A DNA stretch of 64,000 bases, from assembly GCA_951406725.2 (NCBI GenBank), contig OX597814.1, positions 97,278,001-97,342,000 on the forward strand. Direction: 5' to 3'. Source of the DNA: Octopus vulgaris. Taxonomy: Eukaryota. Of this stretch, positions 1 to 13,975 are shown piece after piece. The stretch's first letter is position 1. Each line of letters opens with the position of its first letter. The notes beneath the pieces are model-generated. The model was not told the DNA's origin and made no database searches. It saw only the letters and a list, made by a program, of their open reading frames with translations. The position numbers and the translations under genes are program-made.

Positions 1-526
1 CGAATGTTCTGGGAGACCAACAGCCAGCAGAACTGAGAAAACATTGCAAATGTGCGTGCAGCTGTGAGGGGAAATCATCAAGTCACCATCCATGAGTTAT
101 CAGAGGATGTGCAGATTAGTTACAGTTCAGTTCTGTCTATTGTCTCAGAAGATTTGGGTATGAGATGTGTCTGCCAAGTTTGTATCAAAACTGCTTTCAG
201 CTGACCAAAAAGACACTTGGGTTTCAGTTGCACAAAATCTTGATTGTGTCAAGAATGATGAAAACTGTGTGTAGACCTCTGAGCAGGTAATGCCAAGCTT
301 TTGGGAAAATTTGATGCAGATTCTCTGCTCAGTTTTCTTTGTCATGGTCAATGCTACGAATACATGCTATACACGTTACTTCCAGGCACTGGAAGTGAAT
401 TAGAATGTTAAAACTTAGTGCACATGCAAAGCAGAGTTCAAGGTCAATCAGTGCCAAGTGGCTTTACTCTGCATGATTTAGCTTTGTTACCACGGCAACA
501 GTTCAGATACTTATTGATCAGACCAT
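1..526. mobile_element. Rearranged mariner (Tc1/mariner) transposon remnant
   Basis: The plus strand 1-265 gives a frameshifted mariner HTH region (SGRPTASRT..VRGNHQVTIHELSEDVQISYSSVLSIVSEDLGMR..AKFVSKLLSADQK). The minus strand from 351 gives the mariner N-terminus (MTKKTEQRICIKFSQKLG). A TIR-like end (minus TACATGGTCTGATCAATAAGTATCTG) lies near 526, next to TA repeats. Confidence 0.8.
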
Positions 527-1642
527 GTATATATATATATGTATTTATAAACAAACTTTGGAGAGCAAGTGTATGCACACACACACACAAACACGTACAT
601 ATGTATGTAATTAATAATGTAATAGCATGTATGATACATTATTAGTGAGTTTAGAGCTCAGTGATTGGTTCCACATTAAACTCCTCTATTTTATGCATAA
701 TGAATTCAATCAACACATTGGAAAGTAAACACAAGTGCAATGTCTGAGTGACATAAAATTAAAAGAAGTCAGGTTACTGATGTTCTTATGTTTTAATATA
801 CACGTGTTTCAATGAATCAGCAGCTCACTTCCTCAGTATTTCAGCAAAATATCAAGAAAATAAATGATTAAAGAAATAAAAAGCCTAAATGTTTACTGAT
901 AGCATTTATGCTGTTTGGCACAACAGAAGGCAGCAATACTGCAAGATGCCAAAATCATTGTAATCTTCAGATGTCAACAAATGAAGTGAATGTCACACAG
1001 ATCAAATTGTGTGTAGGGTGCATGCACACACACACGCACACAGCTATGTGGTTAAGAAGTTTGCTTTGCAACTACCTAGTTTAATTCTTCAGTGTTTTAA
1101 CTAGTCATATCCGACCAAAATATTCTACCTGTTTGATGTTCAAACCAGCCAGACCTGACCTCTCACACTTATCTTACTTTACAATGTCATTCTAAAAGAA
1201 TCAATCACATCATTGAAATCATGAAGCTATGAGACAACGTATGATTAAATCAAGTCAATGTGAATAAATAATCAACACATTTGACAATAATCTGAAAGCT
1301 AAAGGGTTAGGTTTCATTCCTACTGTCTGGCTCTGTGGTCAAGTGTCTTCTATCGTAGCCTTGGGTTGACTAATGCCTTGTGGGTAGAACTGGAAATAGA
1401 TACTATACTGAATCATGTGATGTGTGAGTGAGTGTTCATGACAATCTATGTATATGTACATGTTCTCTTACATACATATAAGATGAAAGAGAAAAAGAGA
1501 AAAAGGAATAATACTTGGATTTTATAGTGAAGTGTCAAGGGATTTCACTATTGTTGACTTTGTAAGAACAAAATAAGTTCAGTTGTAATTTTCTAATTTG
1601 GTTCAATTAACAAGAGATAATCAAAACTAAGCCTGAACTTAC

Positions 1643-1844
1643 TAAAAATACTCCTCACTGGGAGTCTTGAAAGTGACATTGGCTTCCAAGCTTCCTGATG
1701 AGGAACCTTCAGCAAACAACGAGAAAGATGCATTCCACATACAATTAGTTGAGACGGAAATATTAGTCAAGTTCAATTCTTGTTCTTTGGTGTTGTTCAT
1801 GATGTCGGAACAATTTGGCAGGTGATATTTTTCCGTTTTGCAAT
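1643..1844 (-). CDS. SLC6 transporter exon encoding extracellular loop 2 (202 nt, phase 1 to phase 2)
   Basis: Acceptor tttttatccttatatttcag| and donor TA|gtaagt. Translates (Y)CKTEKYHLPNCSDIMNNTKEQELNLTNISVSTNCMWNASFSLFAEGSSSGSLEANVTFKTPSEEYF, which ends in the SLC6 (S/T)PxEE(Y/F)(F/W) motif. Phase matches the exon at 6159-6302. Confidence 0.93.
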
Positions 1845-2428
1845 CTGAAATATAAGGATAAAAACAAGCTAAGTCATTCAGAAAATATTGCATACGGTGT
1901 GATAAAAAAACATAATAATAAAAATGAATAAATAAATAAATAATAATAATAACAACAACAATAACAATAATAGAGATTGACTGTTTATTAAAATGAAAAT
2001 TAAACAAATGAACAATATTTCGACTCTGTGTGTCTTTTATAAGTTCAAAATTTTAAATAAAATTAAATTCAAAGATAGGAAATGCTGAAATATTCAAAAT
2101 TAAATGAGAATAGCTAAGTAAAACGATGTCATCAGTCTTCAGTCTTTCACAAAAGGTAACAGAAGGAAGGAAAGAAAGAAAAAGACAAAAAGAATGAATA
2201 ATTTTTTCTCCAATTCTTTCCTTTCTTTTTGTTTTTTTCTTTCTTTCCTTCCTTCTGCTACTTTTTTGTGAAAGACCGAAGACTGATGATGTCATTTTAC
2301 TGGGAAAGAAATGCTGTTATTCCGGTTTAATTTTGAATGTTTCAGTGTTTCCTATCTTTGAACTTAATTTCACTTTATATTTTGAACTTGAAGACACATG
2401 GAGTTTCAAAATATTGTTCATTTGTTTC

Positions 2429-2461
<33 letters not shown>

Positions 2462-2469
2462 TCAATAAC

Positions 2470-4209
<1,740 letters not shown>

Positions 4210-4211
<2 letters not shown>

Positions 4212-5480
4212 GGAAAAGGAATAATTGGAAAGCAGCTGGACCTGATGATGTTTAGGGGTACTGAATAGTTGGGAGTGGCATAAAAATAGCAGAACAACTT
4301 CATGAAATGATCAATGGGATTGAAAAGATTCCTAAGAGGATAACTTTTGGATGAAGAGTACTGTATTTGAAGGATACCTTAAAAGGTAATGCTGTGGATA
4401 AATACGGACCTATATCATGCCTTCCATTAATGTGAAAGCTGCTCACTAGAATATTCACTGATGAAATGTATATGTTTCTTGATGATAGAACTCTCTCTTT
4501 TGAACAGAAGGGATGTAAATGGAATTTCAGGGGAACTAAAGACCAGCTACTCATAGATGAAATGGTTATAGAATATTGTAAGCAAGAAAATGACAAATTT
4601 GGCAATGGTCTGGATAGATTACTGTAAAGGCTACAATATATTCCATATTCATATATCATTGAATATTTGAATATGTTTGGAGTTTCAATGAATGTCAAGA
4701 GCTTTTTGAGAAAAAAACATTGAAGTATGGAAAACTGAGCTCACATCATGTGGACCGGAATGTTAAGAATCAAGAGAGATTTTTCAAGGAGACAGTGTAT
4801 CTTTTTTACTATTTGTCTTATGCTTGATCCCTTTAACATTGCTACTGGGAAAGTAACATCAGGGATATGAATTTAAAGGAAATCAGCAAAAGATCATCCA
4901 TGAATTATTTATTAATGATCTCAAGCTGTATGGTAGTGACAAAACTCCAGTCAGCTCTTTAGTGAACAGAGTTCATTGTTTTAGCAACTACATCAAAATG
5001 GAATTTGGTCTAAAAAATGTGATAAAATATTCCTGGCAAGAATGAATGATAGTAGACTTGAAAGTATAGAATTATCATCAAGGGAAATCATGAAAAAGAT
5101 TGACAGCACTGGGTTTTAATTCCTGGGCATATTGGAAGTGAATGAAGTAATGGGTGAAGAAATGGAGAAAAGCTTCATGCAAGAGTATCTCTGAAGACTT
5201 AGTCTGTTGTTACAGTTAAAACTGAATGAAAGGAATAAATTTCAAGCAATCAGCACATGCAGTTATTATCAAGTTGGGGAGAGAGAAGTAAAAGAGGCTA
5301 AACTAAAAATTGGGAAGTTTACTCACAATGCATGGAACATTCCACTTGAAGAGTGATATTGACAAGTTATATCAAACCAGGCACAAAGACAGGTGAGTGC
5401 TAATCAGCTGTGAAAGTTGTGTATGCTCAGAAGAAAATATGGGGTGGTACAACAAGAGTGCCATAGAACCCTTGCTGCAA
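4210..5480 (+). mobile_element. Degraded R4/Dong-like LINE reverse-transcriptase fragment
   Basis: Broken frames give NWKAAGPDDV, YGPISCLPLM, EQKGCKWNFRGTKDQLLID, IFQGDSVS and LFINDLKLY (RT motifs). Many stops. Preceded by (TAA)n. Confidence 0.8.
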
Positions 5481-5529
5481 TAATATTAATAATGATGATG
5501 ACAAAGATACACAATACTAATAATTATAT

Positions 5530-6060
5530 AGTAATCTCTTTTATTTGCCACAGGGACATTTGGTGAGGGGTTATATTACAGGTGCAATTTACAGGGACAA
5601 TTTACCATTTATGTGGGTGTTTTACATAAAAAGATGAGGTGAATAAAAGGAGAAGAGGAGATAAGTAGTATATATAATACAAAATTTGTGAAAACAGAGA
5701 TAATGCAGTCCTCATGACAGAGGAGAGTATCCAACTGGAGCCAATCAAGGAACTGCACAGATCAAGGATTAGTCTGACCACCTAGACCACCTAACTGTTA
5801 TTCTCCAATATACTGACACATGCTTGGAGCAGTTCCATTCATTCTAACCATTTTTCCGCAGTCACACACACTTTTAGACAAATTCACTGTGTGAGAACAC
5901 ATCCCTCTTCACACTAACTTTCCTTTTCCAAGTTGAAAATTGAAAAAGTTTTTGAGGGCTTAACCGAAGAGGGATGTCAGTCCACAAACCTTTCAGCTTC
6001 ATCCGTCATACAACCTCATTTGCCATAACCAATAGCAAGAGAACACCATCTGCTTTGCCT
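5530..6060 (-). mobile_element. Probable L1/Tx1-like LINE 3' end remnant
   Basis: Degraded coding-like sequence on the minus strand ending in aaataaaagag; resemblance only. Confidence 0.35.
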
Positions 6061-6158
6061 AATTAATAACATCTTTTATTGTAAATGTAAAAAAAAAAGA
6101 AAGAAAAATGTAAGAAGAGAAACGATTTCTTAAAAAGGAAAAGTTTGAGAAGACATAC

Positions 6159-6302
6159 ATTTTGTATTCCAACTGTTAGAGCAACTTCTCCATGGAAGCA
6201 TTGTAGTCATTGAAGAGAAGAGAAAATGGAAAGCCCAAGCAGTCACCATTGTATAATAGATAGCTATCATTGCTGATACCAACACCATTCCATAACCAAT
6301 AC
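6159..6302 (-). CDS. SLC6 transporter exon encoding TM3 and the start of EL2 (144 nt, phase 1 to phase 1)
   Basis: Acceptor tttttatttaccacag| and donor T|gtatgt. Translates (G)IGYGMVLVSAMIAIYYTMVTAWAFHFLFSSMTTMLPWRSCSNSWNTK, with the SLC6 motifs GIGY, YY and LPWxxCxxxWNT. Not in the ORF track. Confidence 0.95.
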
Positions 6303-6524
6303 CTGTGGTAAATAAAAACTATGCTAATTATACTTTATAATAACAAAAAACAAACAACATTTATGAAACTGTGGTAGTTAAAAATGAGTTATTTCTTACA
6401 GGGGCACAAATAAATGAAATCTATATCTGAGGAATGGAGTGAAATGGTAGTCAGCAGTGTCAGTGATGGCAGCAGTGGTATCAGCTGTGACTCTTGTGTC
6501 TTTGATAATGGCAGCAGTATCAGC

Positions 6525-6760
6525 ACAGCATCAACAACATCACCAGCACCACCACTATGACCACCAGCAACATCACCAGCATCACTACTGCCACCACAAC
6601 CACTACCACCACACTGCTACCACCACCACTACCACCACACTGCTACCACCACCACTACCACCACCACCACCACCGCCACCACCACCACCGCTGACACTGT
6701 CACCACAACCACCACCAACACACTACACTACATCACCACCACCACTGCCACCACCATTAT
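6525..6760. repeat. (CCA/CAC)n degenerate trinucleotide tract
   Basis: Direct reading; it is intronic and explains the poly-His/Pro ORF 6457-6762. Confidence 0.9.
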
Positions 6761-7199
6761 AATACTAATAATCGTCTTTATCATTGGTATTTCTTGAGCA
6801 TTTGTAACTTTAGCTTGATCTGATACTCAGTAAGGATGCAAACTCTTTTAAGTTTGGTGCTGTTTTCCTTTCTTCTTTTTTGTTACTTGACTCGGAAGAA
6901 ATTACTTCCCTATAATGATATTCCAGATGAGATACTGAAATAATAACACGTTGAGAACCTTGGATTGATACTTTACTTATCATTTGAAAAGAAAAAAAGG
7001 CAAAGTTGACCTTGGTTGGATTTGAACTCAGAACACAGAGTCAGAATATCCACTCTAATGTTCCTTCCAGTTTGTTGCCATTTCGTATAAAGTTGTGATG
7101 TCATAAGCTTTCTACATATTGTTTAACTTCACACAACACAGATTATATTCTCAAACCTTGTCTGTTGTGTTGAAAAACTGAAAAAAAATTCTTATGTTA

Positions 7200-7607
7200 T
7201 CTTTCACTTGTTTCACTCATTGGATTATGCCCATGCTGGAGCACTGTCTTGAAGAATTTCAGTTGAACAAATTGACCACAGTATTAGTTTTCTTTTTTTT
7301 AAATAGCCTAGTACTTAGTCTGTTTTGTCTCATTTGCTAAACAACTAATTTATGGAAATGTAAACAAGCCAACACCATTGTTCAAGTGCAAGTGGCTCTG
7401 GTGATGGTGATGGGGGAAAACACGACAGCACACACACACACAGAGGATGGGCTTCCACACAGTTTCCATCTACCAATTTCACTCACAAGGCATTGGTTTG
7501 CCTGGGGCTATAGTAGAATACTCTTCCTCCAAGATGCCCCGCTGCTGGGTCGAACCTGAAACTATATGATTGCAAAGTGGGTTTCTTAACTACACAACCA
7601 TGCCTGT
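7200..7607 (-). mobile_element. SINE family (other copies at about 9450-10025, 30520-30720, 59845-60255 and 63465-63845)
   Basis: Shared blocks ttttacttgtttcagtcatt.gactg.agccatgctggagca and tttcagtttccatctaccaaat...aagacacttgcccaagg, a tRNA-like head on the minus strand and an internal microsatellite. Confidence 0.75.
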
Positions 7608-7826
7608 ACTTACTGAATATCATATGCAATCTCTCTTGTAACTTTTTATTTTAATCCAATATTAAGTATAATTTGGTTTCCAAGACTACAGCTTCCTATA
7701 TAGGACCTTTACTGAGCTTAAATGGAATTTTTTTAAAAAGAGCTAAATTGCATATTTATATCAATAGGGCAGTGCTTGCTTAAAAACATGACTCATATCT
7801 AATTTAGCTTTATAAAAGTTACAAAC

Positions 7827-7958
7827 CTTTGAAAAATGGTACTGCTTTCCAAACTGTTATTGGACCAAGACTTCCATACTGACCATAAGCAAGTTCCATA
7901 TAGGCCAATGGAATTCCACAAAATATCAACATGATAACATAAGGGATAAAAAAAGCTC
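7827..7958 (-). CDS. SLC6 transporter exon encoding TM2 and IL1 (132 nt, phase 1 to phase 1)
   Basis: Acceptor ttttcacattcag| and donor AAAG|gtttgt. Translates (G)AFFIPYVIMLIFCGIPLAYMELAYGQYGSLGPITVWKAVPFFK(G), the canonical SLC6 AFxIPY..GIPLxxME..GQY pattern. It is in a different frame from ORF 7799-8101. Confidence 0.96.
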
Positions 7959-8089
7959 CTGAATGTGAAAACAAAACAAAACAAAAATATCTTTAGGTAC
8001 AAATATAAGCTTTTAAAAGAAATGTATTTGGAATATTGTAAGATCATGAAACAATAACAACAACGACAACAACAACAATAATAATAATA

Positions 8090-8610
8090 GCCCTGATGCA
8101 ATACCAGGCAGTGGCTCTCATGGCTTCAGATCTTAACTGTTTGGAAGTGCTATCATGTAAATGTTTTGTCTTGGTATAAAAGATGAGCTACAGCAAATAT
8201 TCTGCTCAATACCACAGATTTGCTTGTCAGTTGTTGACCTTAACCAGTAGAGAATGACCCTTAATGGCTGACAATATGTGCATCACTGATCATGAGCAGA
8301 ATTAGTGAGGGAGTATCATAGTCAAGTCTTGAGAGGAATTCTTTCACCTCTGGAAACATGGGTGTTTTGTTCAACATCCTTAAACAACCCTTATTCAGGG
8401 ACCTTTTGAGTAGGATGAGCTACTTGAAGAGTCTAACTGGGCTCCACCTACAAGGTCATACAGTGTTTATCTTGATATGAAATCATCATGTCATGTACAC
8501 ATGGTTGTGATACATATGCTTGGTGTACTCTTATTAGATGGGTATATTGGGCTTTGTATACTTGTACCCCAGTGTCACTTTGATGGCATGTACTGTTCTC
8601 TCACTCAACA
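8090..8610. mobile_element. Uninterrupted copy of the (TAA)n-associated interspersed repeat
   Basis: Colinear with 3291-4155 once the SINE is removed. Confidence 0.8.
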
Positions 8611-8939
8611 ATAATGATAATAGTGATAGAATAAAGTAAGAATGCATATGTTTTTTTCATGTTTTATCTACTTTGGTTTTAAAAGTTTTTAATTGTTGTC
8701 TTCCAGGAAAAATATTAGTAATTATAAAAAGCTTTTAAGAATGGAGGCCCTTACATAACTTTTTCATGGTTGCCAAATGTTTATAGTTATATATACAAAA
8801 TGAAATTTCCATGTCTGGAATGATCATGTGTACATAGGTGTTATGCATAGCTTAACTTTCTGGTTAGGAATTTATTCAAAAGACACTCACATGTACACAT
8901 GCACATGCACACAAACATATGCATACACACACACACATA

Positions 8940-9000
<61 letters not shown>

Positions 9001-9727
9001 TTATACATACACACACAAACACACACATATATATGCATACATATATAGCTGTAGCTAATTAGAAAATTACAGATATAAGCCAGCAATAGAACTGTCAGAA
9101 TTCATAAAACTTTCCAAAAGTTTGATATTTAAGTATATATATGAAACTATAAGCTTGAGAATACATGAATAAAGCATACAAAACTGCGTATGTACTGACT
9201 CCAAATATTGCACATATACACACACTATGATTAGGGAATGAAAAAAAGGCACATGATTAATTTTGACAATTCAATCGATGGCTTGTATCTGTAATCTTGT
9301 TGATTTGTTTAAAATTCCAATAAAAGAGCGTTGGCTCTAGGTTAGAAACCTATTCTTTCTCTATTGGCAAGAAATCTAGAAGTAAAACTGAATAGCATAC
9401 ATATATATATATATACTTATAAACACAATACAAACATACATATATTCTTTTATTCTTTTACTTGTTTCAGTCATTGACTGTAGCCATGCTGGAGCACTGC
9501 CTTAAAGGGTTTTAATCAAACAAATCAACCACAGGACTTATACTTAAGCTTGGTACTTATTCTATCAGTCTCTTTTGCTGAACCACTAAGTTATGGGGAT
9601 GTAAACACACCAACACTGGTTGTCAAGTGGTGAGGGGGGTGGAGACAAACACAGACACAAAGACACACACATAGATATATACATATGTGTGTGTATGTAT
9701 ATATGTCTATATATATACATACATACA

Positions 9728-9787
<60 letters not shown>

Positions 9788-9825
9788 TATGTATGTATGT
9801 ATGTATATACATATACATACATACA

Positions 9826-9857
<32 letters not shown>

Positions 9858-10663
9858 CATATACATACACATGACAGGCTTCTTTCAGTTTCCATCTACC
9901 AAATCCAATCACAAAGCTTTGGAGGTTATAATAGAAGATATTTGCCCAAGGTGTCATACAGTGGGACTGAACCCAGAGACATGTGGTTGGGAAGCAAGCT
10001 TCTTATTACACAGACATGCCTGTGGCTTTTCCCTCTGTAACATAGATATATGCATATATCTATGAAGGGAGATTTTATCATGGACAAAATCCACAGTATC
10101 ATGCCTGTCAAGGGTGTATATATGTTATGATACATATCACTTACCATTTACTTGTTTTAATCATTAGACTATGGCCATACTGGGGCACCACCTTCAAGAA
10201 TTTTAGTGGATTAAGGCTACCATTGTTTTCATGTTAAGGAAACACTTAACAATTATCAAGCCTATCACAGGGAACATCAGTGATCATCCATGTGATAAGT
10301 TTGGTAATTGATAAGGGCTTCCTTAAAATCAATGGTAACCTTAATCTACAAGTAAATAATCTTTATCCACCAATGCAGTGTTGAGTACACATTCTCATTG
10401 TTCGATATTTACACACATATATACATATAATGGGCTTCTTTCAGTTTTCAGCTATCAAATCTACCCATACGACATTAATCAGATCAGGACTATAGAAGAA
10501 GGCATTTGCCCAAGATGCCATGCAATAGGACTGAATCCAAGATGACCACGTTTGGAAAACAAGCTTCTAAACCACACAGCCACACCTGTACATGCAGCAA
10601 ACTTATACTAGTCATTCCATTTCCAAAAAATTTCAATTTAAAAAATATAAATGAATTACAAAC

Positions 10664-10919
10664 CTCCACCATTCCTATGTACCAAATAAGGAAACCTCCA
10701 GATGTTTCCAAGACCAATCACATAGCCTAAGCATGAGAGCATGAAATCTAGTCGACGATTCCAGTATCCTCTCAGCTTATTTTCCTCTACTGTCATAGAC
10801 TCATTAGTGCTTTCATTGCTAGTGATGGAAATTGCATCTGCTAAATAACTACCACCTGACTGTGTTGCTCCAGCAATGGCAACAGCAGGTGATACACCAG
10901 CTGGTACATCGGACTGATC
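10664..10919 (-). CDS. SLC6 (Na+/Cl- dependent glycine/amino-acid-type) transporter exon encoding the N-terminal region and TM1 (256 nt, phase 0 to phase 1)
   Basis: Acceptor ttttttctttttcatttccag| and donor GGAG|gtttgt at the conserved NGG^G intron position. Translates [85 protein letters not shown](G). Gly rather than Asp before LGN argues against a monoamine transporter. Confidence 0.97.
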
Positions 10920-12373
10920 CTGGAAATGAAAAAGAAAAAAATTACTGTCATTATTCTTGTTATAACTAATGAGGTGACTGCAAAGGATAAAATCTATACA
11001 GAAAGATAGCAAAAGAGATGAGTGAAAATGAAAGGAATGAAATAAAGATGTAGATGGTTTGAACCGTAAATATCCAAGTGACATGTATTACAGTGTTTAG
11101 TTTTGTATTTCGTCTTTTAAAAGTTAATAAAATAAACAAGTAGAATTCTTGGGTATCTTGGTAAATGGTTCTCTGTAACAATTGGACTTGTTTCTAAATG
11201 AGACAATTGCATTTAGATGAGTTGGTAAGAGTATCATTCAAATGATTTAGGGCTCATGATTTGCATCCTATCAGTAGTACTGCACTGTGTCCATATTCAA
11301 AATACTGACTTTGTCCATTTAACTGTGAATAGACAATATAGTTAAGAAAATTTCAGATAGGTATGAGAGTTCTATAACCTCACATAACTGAGTTTAAAAG
11401 CTTCTGTACACATATCCTGAAAAGACATGTGATCTACTTTGCAAACCTTTTAATATACTATAGGATTAAATATTCAAGAGATGTTACTATCATCTAATAA
11501 GTGTTGTTCTTACAGTCTAAGACAAGGGCAGTACATTTGGTAAAAATATCTTATGATATTTTGATGTAATGCTGTTCTGAGTTCAAATTCTGTTAAGGTA
11601 GACAATGCATTCTATGGTTAATAAAGCAAGTACTTGATTTATTGAGCTTGATTCACTCAAATGCACTCTTCTGAGGTATCAAAAAAGAGTCACCAGTTTT
11701 AAGTCAGTACATTTAAAATTTATTCTTTATACAAAAATGAAAGTAAAATTGTGTCTGAATACCCTAGAAACCCTTCTATATCTTAAATTTTGAGAATATC
11801 TGTTTATATTTCTAAATCTTCTACCATACCATGACCAATTATGAAGTAATTTCTTATGGTAAACTTCGAAGGAAATTTGACTGTCATTTCTTGGAGGTGA
11901 AAGAATCATGCAGAAGCTTTTACAATTTCCCTATTAGCTTACAAATAGTGAATACAGTAGATAAATTAGTGATGAATATAATATGCTAAAAAAGAAGACA
12001 TCATGATCATGGTTTGAATGTTGATTGAATGATGGAACTTCAACACTTAGGTATGTTGAATGAAACTCTTATTATAATGCTATTCATGAGAAACCTTGTA
12101 AACATAACACAAATGAAGAAAGACTACAACAGTACTAATGACCTGAAAAAATGTTCATAGAAGCGGAAAAAAAAACTCCCCCAAAATAATAAAACAAACA
12201 AAACATATGTTAGCTTGTATGATGTTCCACATATTGCAACCCTCTCAAATTCCAAACTACAAATCAATAAGACTGGAGAGACCATTCACATAGGTGGTAT
12301 CATAACTATACATAATATATCTCAGCTACATCACCTTAAGACTCTCACAAATACCAATACAACACTGAAGATG

Positions 12374-12413
<40 letters not shown>

Positions 12414-12686
12414 AGATCCAAGGATTGAGGTGTAGAAAGAAAGCTTCAAGCAACCCGTAATAAATATAAAAACAACTTTCAGGGAAAATAGTTATTTATC
12501 GAAGCAGAAGGTTGAGGATTTTTCCATATCAAAGTATGATAAACCAAAAAAAGTTCTTTTTATATTTCACGGTAGGTGACCAGGGTTGCCAGGTATGCAA
12601 GTAAGAATACAAGAGTTGAGATAAGATTCCAGATCTTATTTACTCAATTCCTTAACTCTTGCATATATATATATATATATATATAC

Positions 12687-13135
12687 ATGCATTAAATACT
12701 ACAAAGCATTCATGTAGGACAGATACAGAAGGATCCTAATTCTTTATCAGCTATCGACCAAAATACTAATATTCAGTTTTGTGCCTTTAACGATAAGACT
12801 GAGAATTTCATATATTGGCAGCACCCACAAAATTTGAAGAGAATTAAGGCTTGAGCAAACAACAATACAGGGTGGATGTATGAAAGTAAACAAATGCAAT
12901 TTGAAATGGTAGACAAAGACAGAATAAATACAGCCTTTCGGCCAAATATGTGGGTGATGGATAACACGTAGAAGAAATCTTCAATGGATATAGAAAGAGA
13001 AATAGCAAGAGAGGATAAAACATTGACTGGCAAGCCAAGCATCTGGTGGCAAAAAAGCAGAGAGATGAGAAAATTAGTCACGGGTCACATGTGGGCAGTA
13101 GATAGAAGGGAAGAAGGATGAGAGAGAGAGGAAGA

Positions 13136-13166
<31 letters not shown>

Positions 13167-13790
13167 CAGAGAGAACTGAGAAGGAAGGAAGGAAGAAAGT
13201 CTACAGTTAAGAGTGAGAAGACAAGAGAGAGGGTGAGTGGAAGCTGGGATGCTAGAAAAGGATGAGAGAGAAAGAAAGAAGATAGAGTCGCAAAAAATAT
13301 ATAAAATCTTACTGTTAATGAAAGTCGGGATGTGTGGCATTCAGTTACTCAATAAATGAAAAATGCATTAAATACTACAAAGCATTCGTGTAGGACAGAC
13401 ACAGATGGACTCTAATTCTTCATCAGTTATTGACCAAAATACGAATACTCAGTTTTGTGCCTTTAATGATAGGCATTACCCATCACTCTTGTGTTTGGCC
13501 AAAAGGCTGTAGTAATTCCATCTTCATCTATCGTTTCAAATTACATTTGTTTACTTTTGTACATTCACCCTGTATTGTTTTGTTTGCTTGAGCCCTTATT
13601 CTCCTCAAATTTTGTGGGTGCTGCCGATATACAAAGTTCTCAGTTTTATTGTTAAAGGCACGAAACTGAGTATTAGTATTTTGGTTGATAACTGATGAAG
13701 AATTAGGGTCCCACTGTGTTTTGTCCTATGTGTATGTTTTGTAGTATTTAATGCACTTCTCATTTATTGAGTAATTGAATGCCATGCGGC
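12687..13790. repeat. Direct plus inverted repeat cluster, probable Penelope-like terminal-repeat remnant
   Basis: 12687-12962 is the imperfect reverse complement of 13479-13756. 13335-13470 is a partial direct copy. The cluster contains GAAAC...CTGATGA words. Confidence 0.6.
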
Positions 13791-13923
13791 CTCACACACA
13801 CACACACACACACATGTATGTATGTATGTATGTATGTATGTATGTATGTATATATATCTATATATAATATTATGTATAAATATATTATTATAATGTATAT
13901 TATGTAACTGTCTGTCGGTCTAC

Positions 13924-13975
<52 letters not shown>

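Noticed and set aside
6457-6762. ORF resembling a signal peptide plus His/Pro-rich secreted protein
   Set aside because: It starts at GTG, consists of a degenerate trinucleotide tract and lies antisense in an SLC6 intron; there is no other support.
7821-10663. Two consecutive GTTTGT splice donors
   Set aside because: These are ordinary GT-AG introns with a weaker +3/+4 match, not U12-type, and not remarkable.
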